Shown here: positions 1 to 8,501 of the stretch, piece after piece | Layout: each line of letters begins with the position of its first letter | Position numbering within the stretch: position 1 is the stretch's first letter | Origin: Candidatus Woesebacteria bacterium | GTDB taxonomy: Bacteria > Patescibacteriota > Microgenomatia > UBA8517 | Length of the DNA stretch: 64,000 nucleotides | Direction: 5' to 3' | Assembly (NCBI GenBank): GCA_013426185.1 | Contig: CP058602.1 | Span: 399,123-463,122, forward strand | Notes under the pieces: model-generated | Seen by the model: only the letters and a program-made list of their open reading frames with translations | Told to the model about the DNA's origin: nothing | The model's database searches: none | Made by a program: the position numbers and the translations under genes

Positions 1-451
1 AGGAAGATTAATAAGGCCTGCAATTTTATTAAGACGATAAAACTTGATTACCATTAAAATAAGAGTAAACCACAAAGAAATAATTATAAACGCTCCAAGA
101 AGGGGATTTTTCAATCCAAAAAAGCCAATAGACCAGAAAGAATTCAAAATTAATTGAATAATAAAGATGCGAACCGCTTCATTTTTTTCTTTCCCCCCTT
201 CTGTCTTTAAGATAAGATAAAAAGAAATACCCATAAGAAAATACAAAAATGTCCAAACAGGACCAAAAACAAAATTTGGAGGGCTAAAAGATGGTTTTTT
301 CAAAGTAGAATACCAAGTTGGAATACTAGAAAAAGTAAAAATGGAGCCTACAAAACATGCTAGAAAAGGTAAAAGCAAAGAAAAAAACAGCTTTTTCAGA
401 TTTAGATTAAGAGAAGATTTCATCAATCAAATATTAGCACTGTATTAATAA

Positions 452-1627
452 TTAACCAAGCCATTTCTTTTTGAGGTCAACAAAATCACCATTGATAATA
501 GAATCTCTAATTTGATTCATTAAATTATTGATAAAAAAGACATTGTGAATTGTTGCAAGCCTCAAGCCCAAAATCTCACCAGAAGTCAAAAGATGGCAAA
601 TATAAGCTCTCGAAAAATTAAGGCACGAATAACAATTGCAAACCTTGCTAAGAGGTCTTTCGTCTGACTTAAAAGTGCTTTTTTTAATATCAAGCCTAAA
701 TTTATTTGACCTTTTTCCTCCATCTTCAGGATGAATAAAAAGAAGCCCAGTTCTTGCCATTCTCGTAATTCCGGTGTTGTCAAAAGTATCAATCCCTCTT
801 GCAATAGCTTCAAAAATGCCCTCAGGCCCACCCCCTAAGCCTAAAGCGTGAACTGGTTTTTCGTCAGGCAAGATATCAGAAATTGTATTAAGAGCTTCAG
901 AGGTAATTTTGGGATCAGAGCCTATTGCCTCGCCTCCAATAGCAATTCCAGGAAATCCGAAGGAAAGCACAAAATCAAGCGATTGTCTCCTTAAATTTTT
1001 ATCCAAATCCCCTTGAACTATGCCATAAAGTGCCTGAAATTCGCCTTTTTTATTCAACTTTTGCCAAGCCAAAAATGACCTTTCTTCCCACTTCAAAGTT
1101 CTCAAAAAAGCCTCTTTAGCTAATTTTTTGGGCATATTCAAAGATTGAGGCTCGTCAAGCGCCATAATAATGTCAGCACCCAATATTTTTTGAATCTCAA
1201 TTGATTTCTCAGGTGTTAAAAGATGCAAAGAACCATCAAGATACGATTTAAAAAGCGCACCTTTATCATTAATCTTAACAACTTTAGCTTCGTCTTCTTC
1301 GCCTTTTGACCACAAAAAAGAAACTTGATAACCACCACTATCTGTGATTGTCGGGCCTTCCCATTTCATAAAATTTGCAAAACCGCCAAACTTTTCTATT
1401 ACTTCAAGACCAGGTTTAAGATAAAGATGATAAGTATTAGCCAGAACCACCTGAGTTTTTGCATCTTTTAAATCCTCAGGGCTTAAAGTGCGAACAGAAG
1501 CGCGGGTTGCAACAGGAGAAAAGGCTGGAGTTTTAATTATTCCATGAGGAGTCTTGATAACACCAGCTCGAGCTTTAGTTTTTAAATCTTTGCCAACTAT
1601 TTTAAAAGAAAAAAGAGACATCAGCAA
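452..1627 (-). CDS. tgt: queuine tRNA-ribosyltransferase (tRNA-guanine transglycosylase)
   Basis: 391 aa. Tgt-like N-terminus (KTPHGIIKTPAF), LGLGGGPEG, C-terminal zinc motif CNCYSC...H. Confidence 0.9.
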   Translation of the reverse strand: MLMSLFSFKIVGKDLKTKARAGVIKTPHGIIKTPAFSPVATRASVRTLSPEDLKDAKTQVVLANTYHLYLKPGLEVIEKFGGFANFMKWEGPTITDSGGYQVSFLWSKGEEDEAKVVKINDKGALFKSYLDGSLHLLTPEKSIEIQKILGADIIMALDEPQSLNMPKKLAKEAFLRTLKWEERSFLAWQKLNKKGEFQALYGIVQGDLDKNLRRQSLDFVLSFGFPGIAIGGEAIGSDPKITSEALNTISDILPDEKPVHALGLGGGPEGIFEAIARGIDTFDNTGITRMARTGLLFIHPEDGGKRSNKFRLDIKKSTFKSDERPLSKVCNCYSCLNFSRAYICHLLTSGEILGLRLATIHNVFFINNLMNQIRDSIINGDFVDLKKKWLG

Positions 1628-1668
1628 ATTCTAGCAAAAAGATTGGGGAAACTAAATTAAGGCGAAGA

Positions 1669-1920
1669 TTATTCGCTATCCTCAGTGTCAATTCTTGCCC
1701 AAAAGCAGTTCTGACATTTCTTAGGTAGTCGCCCCAGAACTTTCTCTGTTTCCCCAATCTTTTCGAGGCTCCGCTCAAAAATCCTGTCTTCCATATCGGG
1801 AGGAAGACGGAAATCTAAAACTGAATTCAGACCTTCCAGAGCTTCTTCATACTCGTCTTGAATCCGAACAATAGTCTCTACCCAAGGACATCCGCCATTG
1901 CAACTAATTCTTTCAACCAT
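1669..1920 (-). CDS. small Cys-rich (zinc-ribbon-like) hypothetical protein
   Basis: 83 aa with CNGGC...C and CQNC pairs. No family recognised. Confidence 0.4.
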   Translation of the reverse strand: MVERISCNGGCPWVETIVRIQDEYEEALEGLNSVLDFRLPPDMEDRIFERSLEKIGETEKVLGRLPKKCQNCFWARIDTEDSE

Positions 1921-1983
1921 AAACTAAATAGAAATTAAAATAATATAAACAAAAAGTCAAGTCAAAAGATCAAGCTCTTTCTA

Positions 1984-2517
1984 TCAAGGACTAGTTGCAA
2001 TCCATGCTATCTTATACTTGCCAGTTTCAACCTCTTTAAGATTTATCCATCTTTTATTTATTCCTTCCACCCAACCGTAATTGGGAATAGGAAGATCAGT
2101 TAAATTCTTTTTAAGAGAAACATCTATATCAACCTCAAAAGAATTGCGAGTCTTATCTATCTTTGACTCTTTGATATTAACCGATTTAAAAGAAGAAAAA
2201 TTGTTTAAAGAAACAGCCCAACTTTGCATTCCTGCGTCGTCTTTCAGATCCATCATAAGAACAGCATCGGAAATTCTGCCTCCATCTATTAATTCACAAA
2301 AAGTCCTGACCATATCTTCTTTTGATGGCAAAGGGGTACTAATTTCAGGAGAAGGAGATAAAACAGCAGTTAAAATCGGAGAATTCAAGACCTCGGGCTC
2401 ATTAGTATTTTTCTTATTTAAAAATTTACCGGCCAAAAAGAAAACTCCAACAAAAGCAGCCAAAATCACAAAAAACAAAATCCACCTTTTTGCAATTTTT
2501 GCAAGCATTATACACAC
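1984..2517 (-). CDS. membrane-anchored hypothetical protein
   Basis: 177 aa, single N-terminal TM helix, then a soluble domain. Confidence 0.5.
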   Translation of the reverse strand: MCIMLAKIAKRWILFFVILAAFVGVFFLAGKFLNKKNTNEPEVLNSPILTAVLSPSPEISTPLPSKEDMVRTFCELIDGGRISDAVLMMDLKDDAGMQSWAVSLNNFSSFKSVNIKESKIDKTRNSFEVDIDVSLKKNLTDLPIPNYGWVEGINKRWINLKEVETGKYKIAWIATSP

Positions 2518-2548
2518 AGATTATATAGCAAAAAGAAGATTAACAAAA

Positions 2549-2587
2549 ACATCAATTTGATCCCGGATCAGGGTAATGGCATTTCTT
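2549..2587. repeat. 39-bp copy of the secA 3'-end (direct repeat partner of 8463-8501)
   Basis: 35/39 identical to 8463-8501. The minus strand reads FKKCHYPDPGSN-stop, i.e. a SecA C-terminal zinc-finger tail, in an intergenic position. Confidence 0.7.
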
Positions 2588-2611
2588 GAAGTGCTAGCCA
2601 AATAGGAAACC

Positions 2612-3205
2612 TTATATCTCTATTTCTTTCATCTCCAAAGGTGACCAATCGATATACCTCGCTAAATCAAGAAATACCAACTGATCATATTTTTTTCCCG
2701 CAGCAATAACTCCAAGTAGATGCCTGAAAAATATTGCGTGTCCAACCACAGCAACTCTATTATATCTCTCTTTTTGTTTTTTAAGAAATTTTAAAAATTT
2801 CTCTGCCCTTGCCTTTATTTCGTTAAAACTTTCGCTGCCATCATATTTCCAATTAGGATCTTTACGATATTCTAAAAGCCCCCAATCCCAAAATTTTCTT
2901 GCCTCTTCTCGACTTTTACCGTCTAAAAACTTGGGCCTAATATACTCATAAATATAATCGACAATTTCATAGTTGCCTTTACCAAAAAGCAAATCTGCCG
3001 TTCTTGTTGCCCTAACTAAAGGAGAACAATATACTTTATCTACCTTTAGATCAGAATAAAGCCCTTTTTCAACTGAGGTTTCATCTATTATTGCATCTGG
3101 GCTTTGAGATTTCCCCTCTTCTGAATCAATTGTCTTAGCATGGCGAATTAAATATAATTTCATACAGTCAAAAGTTATTCTATATAAAACATCAATTCTT
3201 TTCAC
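2612..3205 (-). CDS. histidine phosphatase family protein (phosphoglycerate mutase-like)
   Basis: 197 aa, N-terminal LYLIRHAKT (RHG catalytic motif), later His (VVGHAIF). Confidence 0.75.
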   Translation of the reverse strand: MKRIDVLYRITFDCMKLYLIRHAKTIDSEEGKSQSPDAIIDETSVEKGLYSDLKVDKVYCSPLVRATRTADLLFGKGNYEIVDYIYEYIRPKFLDGKSREEARKFWDWGLLEYRKDPNWKYDGSESFNEIKARAEKFLKFLKKQKERYNRVAVVGHAIFFRHLLGVIAAGKKYDQLVFLDLARYIDWSPLEMKEIEI

Positions 3206-3254
3206 CTTTTCTATAAGATTCTAGGCTCAGAAAAAACAAAAAGAGGCTTGCAGA

Positions 3255-3372
3255 TGCTTTCGATTCCTAACTTTTGGGTGTGTAAAGCTTGCGAAGAAGC
3301 CTTCAGGTTCCTAACTTTCGATGTCTTTTGGTTTTTCTTCCAGCCTTTTGGTTCCTAACTTTCGATGTCTGC
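3255..3372. repeat. 44-bp tandem repeat (~2.5 units) across the 3' end of the kinase gene
   Basis: ggttcctaactttcgatgtct at 3306-3326 and 3350-3370 (period 44). Degenerate copy cgattcctaactttt at 3259-3275. The two full copies are read in different frames (TSKVRN / HRKLGT). Confidence 0.7.
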
Positions 3373-4013
3373 ATTAATTTTTCCAAACCATCGGCTACAT
3401 ATTCTAGTATTTTGGTTTTATCATCAAATAGAAACGTATTTCTTTGGCAAGAAAGTTTTTCTGTTAAAAATTTATTCAATTTTAAAGCTGTTTTAATTTG
3501 TTTCTTATTCAGAAATCTCCTATGAGTAATAGATTGCATGTTATTAATTAATCTCTTTTCATCATCTAATATTAAATAAAAATCTAGGCAATCCACTCCC
3601 TTAATCTCAATCAATGTTTTTAATTCAGGAAATATGTGGTTGCCTTCTATAATAAAATTCTGCCTTTCGGTTTTGGAAAAGCGTAAAATATTAACAATCG
3701 GTGTAAATAAGGCTTTCGCCTGGCTAAAATAATTATTAAAAAGATCTTTATCTGAATTTGAGTATTTGTAAAGATCGTATGTATGACAAGTAAAAATTTC
3801 TCCTTTTTCCTCTAATAATGAATAATAAACAGCCCTGATTATACCGGTAGGAATAATAGCCATACTATGTAAGAAACCCTGAAGTTCCCTCGCTATTGTT
3901 GATTTCCCGGTACCACAATAACCGCCTATAAGGATTACTAGAGGCCTCTTAATTCTGCCTGAAGACCACATTTCGTTAAATCTATTAAAAACCGAAAAAA
4001 TTCTCTTATTCAT
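3303..4013 (-). CDS. P-loop kinase (AAA / 2-phosphoglycerate-kinase-like nucleotide kinase fold)
   Basis: 236 aa, Walker A GGYCGTGKSTIA near the N-terminus. 4-nt overlap with the upstream nucleotidyltransferase gene. Confidence 0.6.
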   Translation of the reverse strand: MNKRIFSVFNRFNEMWSSGRIKRPLVILIGGYCGTGKSTIARELQGFLHSMAIIPTGIIRAVYYSLLEEKGEIFTCHTYDLYKYSNSDKDLFNNYFSQAKALFTPIVNILRFSKTERQNFIIEGNHIFPELKTLIEIKGVDCLDFYLILDDEKRLINNMQSITHRRFLNKKQIKTALKLNKFLTEKLSCQRNTFLFDDKTKILEYVADGLEKLMQTSKVRNQKAGRKTKRHRKLGT

Positions 4014-4639
4014 AACCCAATATTTCTAAATAAGTTATAAACTCTATCTTTTGCAACTTGTTGTGCACCAGGATCTCTAAAATTATTTAAAGAAAAGTTT
4101 ATTATATGCCACCACCGCATTTTCTCCTCATCGGGTAAAGAGGAAAAATTATTTACAAGCAATCTTACATCTTTAAAATCTTTTTCACGAGGCGGTATTT
4201 CTCCTTTATTTGCTAATTTTTGGACTAAAATAATTGCGGGGTGGACTATTAATACTCCATGATCCTCACGCTCTATCTCAACTGCGCTAGACACTAGAAA
4301 ACCATCCTCGAACGATAAACCATTCCAAAAAGTATTAGGCCTTACAACATCAATCCTCCTAAAATGTAAATCTGTATCCAACCACCCATTTACAACCACA
4401 ATATCTATATCTCTATGATACCGACTCTTTCTACCAATAAAAAAATCCATCGCCAACCCTGAGGCTAAAAGGTAATTAATTCTCCCCTCTGAAGAACGTT
4501 GAGGGAATTTTGATATCAATTTGAAAAAACCCTCAAATGTTCCCCCTTTCAAAAGCATTCCTAAAGACAGTCTTCTCAAATAACTACTAAATTCTTCTAA
4601 ACTAAAGCCCTTTCCTCGAAAAACTTCTAATTCTTTCAT
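4010..4639 (-). CDS. Pol-beta-superfamily nucleotidyltransferase domain protein
   Basis: 209 aa, GS...D.D core (SGLAMDFFIGRKSRYHRDIDIVV). Confidence 0.6.
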   Translation of the reverse strand: MKELEVFRGKGFSLEEFSSYLRRLSLGMLLKGGTFEGFFKLISKFPQRSSEGRINYLLASGLAMDFFIGRKSRYHRDIDIVVVNGWLDTDLHFRRIDVVRPNTFWNGLSFEDGFLVSSAVEIEREDHGVLIVHPAIILVQKLANKGEIPPREKDFKDVRLLVNNFSSLPDEEKMRWWHIINFSLNNFRDPGAQQVAKDRVYNLFRNIGL

Positions 4640-4662
4640 GGTATGAACAAGAACTTAAAATA

Positions 4663-5484
4663 TTAAAATCTCACTACTATTTTTAATGCTACATGATCAG
4701 ATAGTAATCCTTTATTAAGCTCTTTATCAATCAATGGTTTTTTAAAAAGATGCTCTCTTTTTTCAACTCCAATATCTTTGGCTGATGGCTTTAACAAAAT
4801 GTAGTCTAACCTCTTTCCTTTTTCACCTTTCGGTAAAAATACTTTTTGAAAAGTTGGAGAATCAAAATTTTTGTAAGGGTCCATAACTCCTAATACCTTA
4901 ATCAATTCTTTATAAAAAGCCGAATTTTTAGAAATATTAAAATCCCCGGTCAAAACAATCAGTTTATATTTACTCAATCTCTTAATAACATTTTTTAACC
5001 TCTCAATAGAAGCACTATAGATTTGATTAAATTTATTAGCCGAAGACCAATCATGAGTAGGATTAGCCACCATGTGAGTATTTGCCACTACAACTTTCCC
5101 AGAAAGAAACTTTGAAAACAAAATTCCTTTTCCTGAAAGAAGGTTTCGAAAAATAACTCTTAACCATCCTTCCACAGCCAAACAAGCCACAACACTTAAA
5201 GGATAAGTATAGGCAAAATAAGCGCTTTCAAAAGGTTTTAATTTTGAGAAGGTAACCACCCCCCCTCTTGGGCCAAGCAATGCCCTTTCATAAACACAAT
5301 AAGGAAAATTAGTAAGTTTATTCTTAATAATTTCTAAATGTTTATATGTAAAAACTTCCTGAAGGTTAATAATATCCAGATTTTCGTTATTTAAAAAATC
5401 CCCTATCTTAACTAACCTTTTAACAGTAGATTCGCTAAAAATAGGTGTTCCTTTTATATTAAAAGTAACTACAGATAATTGCAT
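4663..5484 (-). CDS. endonuclease/exonuclease/phosphatase (EEP) family protein
   Basis: 273 aa, N-terminal INLQEV, later TGDFN and SDH motifs typical of the EEP fold. Confidence 0.75.
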   Translation of the reverse strand: MQLSVVTFNIKGTPIFSESTVKRLVKIGDFLNNENLDIINLQEVFTYKHLEIIKNKLTNFPYCVYERALLGPRGGVVTFSKLKPFESAYFAYTYPLSVVACLAVEGWLRVIFRNLLSGKGILFSKFLSGKVVVANTHMVANPTHDWSSANKFNQIYSASIERLKNVIKRLSKYKLIVLTGDFNISKNSAFYKELIKVLGVMDPYKNFDSPTFQKVFLPKGEKGKRLDYILLKPSAKDIGVEKREHLFKKPLIDKELNKGLLSDHVALKIVVRF

Positions 5485-6488
5485 TTTTTTGATATTTTAC
5501 AGAGCGTTGTTATTTTTTTCAAAAAAATTACAATATGTTTTTTCTGAAGAACCAAAACTAGTAATATCATAGTATAATCTCCTGTGCTTAGAAGTACCGA
5601 GACTGCTATATACATGGGTAACCAGACATAATAAAAATCAGATAGAGGAAACTCATTTAAAGAAAAAATATTAATAAATCGCCTACTATGAGGGGAAAAT
5701 AGATAGACCAAGATCCAAAAAATTAAATAAACAAGAAATAGAATCTTCATGTTAATATTTTTAACCAAAAAAGAAAAGAATAAAAGAAGCAACACTTCTG
5801 GCAAATATAAGATCTTAATAAGCTTTTGGCTAAATTTCACATCTTTAACAGTGGTTAAAGTTTTAACACCTGAACCTAGATCACTAGAAAAATCTTCTAT
5901 TTGGTGCATCAACATAGCTCTCAACCCCAAAACGAAAAGTGCAACCGAAAAAAGATAACCCTCAGTTTTATTGTAATCTAAAACAGAAAACACCAACAAA
6001 ACAGGCAGAGTCCTTTGGATCAAAGAGCCAACAACTATATCAAGAAAAGGCTTTTCCTTAAATCTCACTGGCGGAGAAGAATAAAAAACTACCAAAAAAA
6101 ACATTATTACCCACCAAAACATTATTTTTAAAACAAAACCTCCAAAAAACCACCAAAAAATAGAGGATAAAATAAAAAACAAAACCGAAGTTAAAAAAAT
6201 ATGATAATCTTTAATATTAGCACTTGTGCGAATTTTGCCAGCTTTTAAATCTACAAATTTATCCCAATAATCGTTAAGGATAGAGGCAAAAGAACCATAA
6301 AGCACAAAAAATGCAAGAAGAATCCAAAATACTATTCCAAAACCTGGCGTCAGTTCTTTGAGACCTCCTTTTTCTATAATAACTAGACCAATTGAAACAA
6401 TAAAAAAAATTAACTTTGTATTTGACCAAGAATGCCAACGAATAAACTTATTCAAGAATTCAAGTCTACCCGCTAATGATCCGAACAT
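5469..6488 (-). CDS. UbiA-family prenyltransferase (polytopic membrane protein)
   Basis: 339 aa, about 8 TM helices, NDYWDKFVD matches the UbiA NDxxDxxxD motif. Confidence 0.7.
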   Translation of the reverse strand: MFGSLAGRLEFLNKFIRWHSWSNTKLIFFIVSIGLVIIEKGGLKELTPGFGIVFWILLAFFVLYGSFASILNDYWDKFVDLKAGKIRTSANIKDYHIFLTSVLFFILSSIFWWFFGGFVLKIMFWWVIMFFLVVFYSSPPVRFKEKPFLDIVVGSLIQRTLPVLLVFSVLDYNKTEGYLFSVALFVLGLRAMLMHQIEDFSSDLGSGVKTLTTVKDVKFSQKLIKILYLPEVLLLLFFSFLVKNINMKILFLVYLIFWILVYLFSPHSRRFINIFSLNEFPLSDFYYVWLPMYIAVSVLLSTGDYTMILLVLVLQKKHIVIFLKKITTLCKISKKCNYL

Positions 6489-7747
6489 TTCATATAATTA
6501 GAATAAGTTTGTAAAAACTTTTCTCTCAACCCTTTAATTAAAAAATTGTCTGGTAGAATAATTTCTTTTGATTGATTTATCCACTGATCCAGGTATCGAC
6601 TATCCGGGATAAGGGAAACCAGATATTCAAAAAAACTATCTAGTTCTCTTCGAGGTAAATTTTTACTAACATAATCAAACATCTCATTATATATACCGTG
6701 GCCGATTATTTCAAGATCACGTTGTTTTATCGATCTCAACTTAATAAAGCTTTCAGCTAAACCAATAATTTCTGCCCAAACAGGCAAGTCCCACAACCAA
6801 TAAAGATTTTGTAATTTATTAAAAGCAATTCCCCTTATTAGAATCATTCTAATCATTCTTCTTAAAACCATCTTTAAGTATTCATCATTATTTTTATCCA
6901 AATCTAATTCTCCTGGAAATTCCTCTCTCGCTAAAGAAAAAACCTCCGATTTGTTATTGTTTAGTTTATAACCTTTATTTTCATCTTTTTTCCCCAAAAA
7001 AAATATTTCCCTTCTAATACTAGCTAATGAAACAAAAGGACTCACATAATGATTTATTCCCATCCTGTTTGCCACAATACCAAAACGATTATTCTCCCCC
7101 GTTACCGGATTTCCTTCATCATCAAAGGGTTGAAAGTGTCCAATTCTTTTAAAGGTCTGAACATGCATAGCATAACCACCCGAACCTCTAGTCTCCTTGA
7201 TCCCAGACAAAGTTAAAGACCAGACGACCTGAAACCTTATCCAAGCTGATCCAACTATTAGCATCAAACTACTTTTTCTGCTCTTCTGACTATTAACCCA
7301 TTTGATCAACTCAGTAGGATTATTCCTCTCACAAAAACTGACCAATTCGAAATTCCTATTAATAGCAGAAACTATTTCTTGGAAGAACATTTTATGAACA
7401 AAAACATCGGCATCAACCGTTGAAATAATCGCATTATCTTTAGAATTCCCTAATTCCGAATCTAAAAGATTTAAAACATATTTAAAACCAGTATTTCTTG
7501 GTTGGCCTCCGCACCTCAATTTAGAATTTTCCTCAATAACCTTAAAAGAATCAAAACCATTTTTATACCTTAACCCTACCTCTACAGTTTTATCTTCGCT
7601 CCTATGATTTACAAGAACTAAATTAAGACTAAAATTACCATAACTACCAGCATCTAACAAACTTTTTAATATAAATCCAATATACCTCTCCTCATTATAG
7701 GCCGGTACTATTATAAATATTCTTTCCCTCACGTTTTTTGGAAACAC
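6473..7747 (-). CDS. family 2 glycosyltransferase
   Basis: 424 aa, N-terminal FIIVPAYNEERYI (GT-A DxD-type signature). Confidence 0.75.
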   Translation of the reverse strand: MFPKNVRERIFIIVPAYNEERYIGFILKSLLDAGSYGNFSLNLVLVNHRSEDKTVEVGLRYKNGFDSFKVIEENSKLRCGGQPRNTGFKYVLNLLDSELGNSKDNAIISTVDADVFVHKMFFQEIVSAINRNFELVSFCERNNPTELIKWVNSQKSRKSSLMLIVGSAWIRFQVVWSLTLSGIKETRGSGGYAMHVQTFKRIGHFQPFDDEGNPVTGENNRFGIVANRMGINHYVSPFVSLASIRREIFFLGKKDENKGYKLNNNKSEVFSLAREEFPGELDLDKNNDEYLKMVLRRMIRMILIRGIAFNKLQNLYWLWDLPVWAEIIGLAESFIKLRSIKQRDLEIIGHGIYNEMFDYVSKNLPRRELDSFFEYLVSLIPDSRYLDQWINQSKEIILPDNFLIKGLREKFLQTYSNYMKCSDH

Positions 7748-7933
7748 TTTTTCACTTTTTAATACTTTCCCTAAAAAAACCAGCTCTTTCCTTAAATCAG
7801 GCTGGTTTCTAAGTATCTAAAATAATCTAAACGTTAACTGACTATATCTTATCACCAAACCCCTAATTCATCAAATTCCGGTTTAGTGTAAAGACATATG
7901 CGACACTTTTAGGTAAGATAACAGATTATGTAG

Positions 7934-8490
7934 GTGAGAAATATGCATATTGTCAAACTAAACGATAAAGAGGTTTTAAGGCCCAAACTTTTGGGCGCAT
8001 ATGAGGCTATGGAACCTAAAAATGTCAGGTATTTGTGTAAACTTTCTGAATACATCATTCAACTTTCCACAGGGTTAAGAAAACCACACAAACATTGTAC
8101 AATTGATTTTGTAAAAAACTTTTGACTGAAACTAAAAAGAAAGTTATAATAATTAAGTTAATCCAATCTGATAATGACCATGAATTTCAGGCTAAATTTG
8201 AAGAATATTTAAAATCATCAAACATTAGTATTCAACATACTTGGATTCACACACCTGATCAAAATGGAGTTGTTGAAAGAAGCCATAGAACCGATGAAGA
8301 GGAATTCTACCAAGAAACTGAGATAGACTACTCAGATTTGGAAGATATAAACAACAAGCTCAAGCTCTGGCTTGAATATTACAACACTAAAAGATTACAC
8401 TTTAGTCTGAATTATTTGACACCCGAAGAATACCAGTGTCGCATATCTAGTTACCTCGCACGACATCAATTCGGTCCCGGATCGGGGTAA
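7934..8490 (+). mobile_element. degraded DDE transposase (rve integrase-core, IS481/IS3-like) pseudogene
   Basis: ORF 8122-8490 carries the rve C-terminal part (SDNDHEF...NGVVERSHRT...YNTKRLHFSLNYLTPEEY). The upstream 63-aa ORF is out of frame. No HTH or N-terminal DDE residues remain. Confidence 0.7.
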
Positions 8491-8501
8491 TGACATTTCT
8501 T
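8463..8501. repeat. 39-bp direct repeat (partner of 2549-2587) overlapping the secA stop codon
   Basis: The minus strand encodes the SecA tail KKCHYPDPGPN-stop. The plus strand is the read-through tail of the transposase ORF. Confidence 0.7.

Noticed and set aside
2081-2560. 159-aa plus-strand ORF
   Set aside because: It lies entirely antisense to the 1984-2517 membrane-protein gene, and its product is low-complexity. Spurious antisense ORF.
8462-8490. Reading the 39-bp repeat as the C-terminus plus terminal inverted repeat of the transposase (plus-strand HQFGPGSG-stop in both copies)
   Set aside because: The repeat contains the codons for SecA zinc-finger residues KKCH that continue the secA frame. 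The rve domain already ends (...LNYLTPEEY) about 15 codons upstream, so the plus-strand extension is probably incidental read-through.
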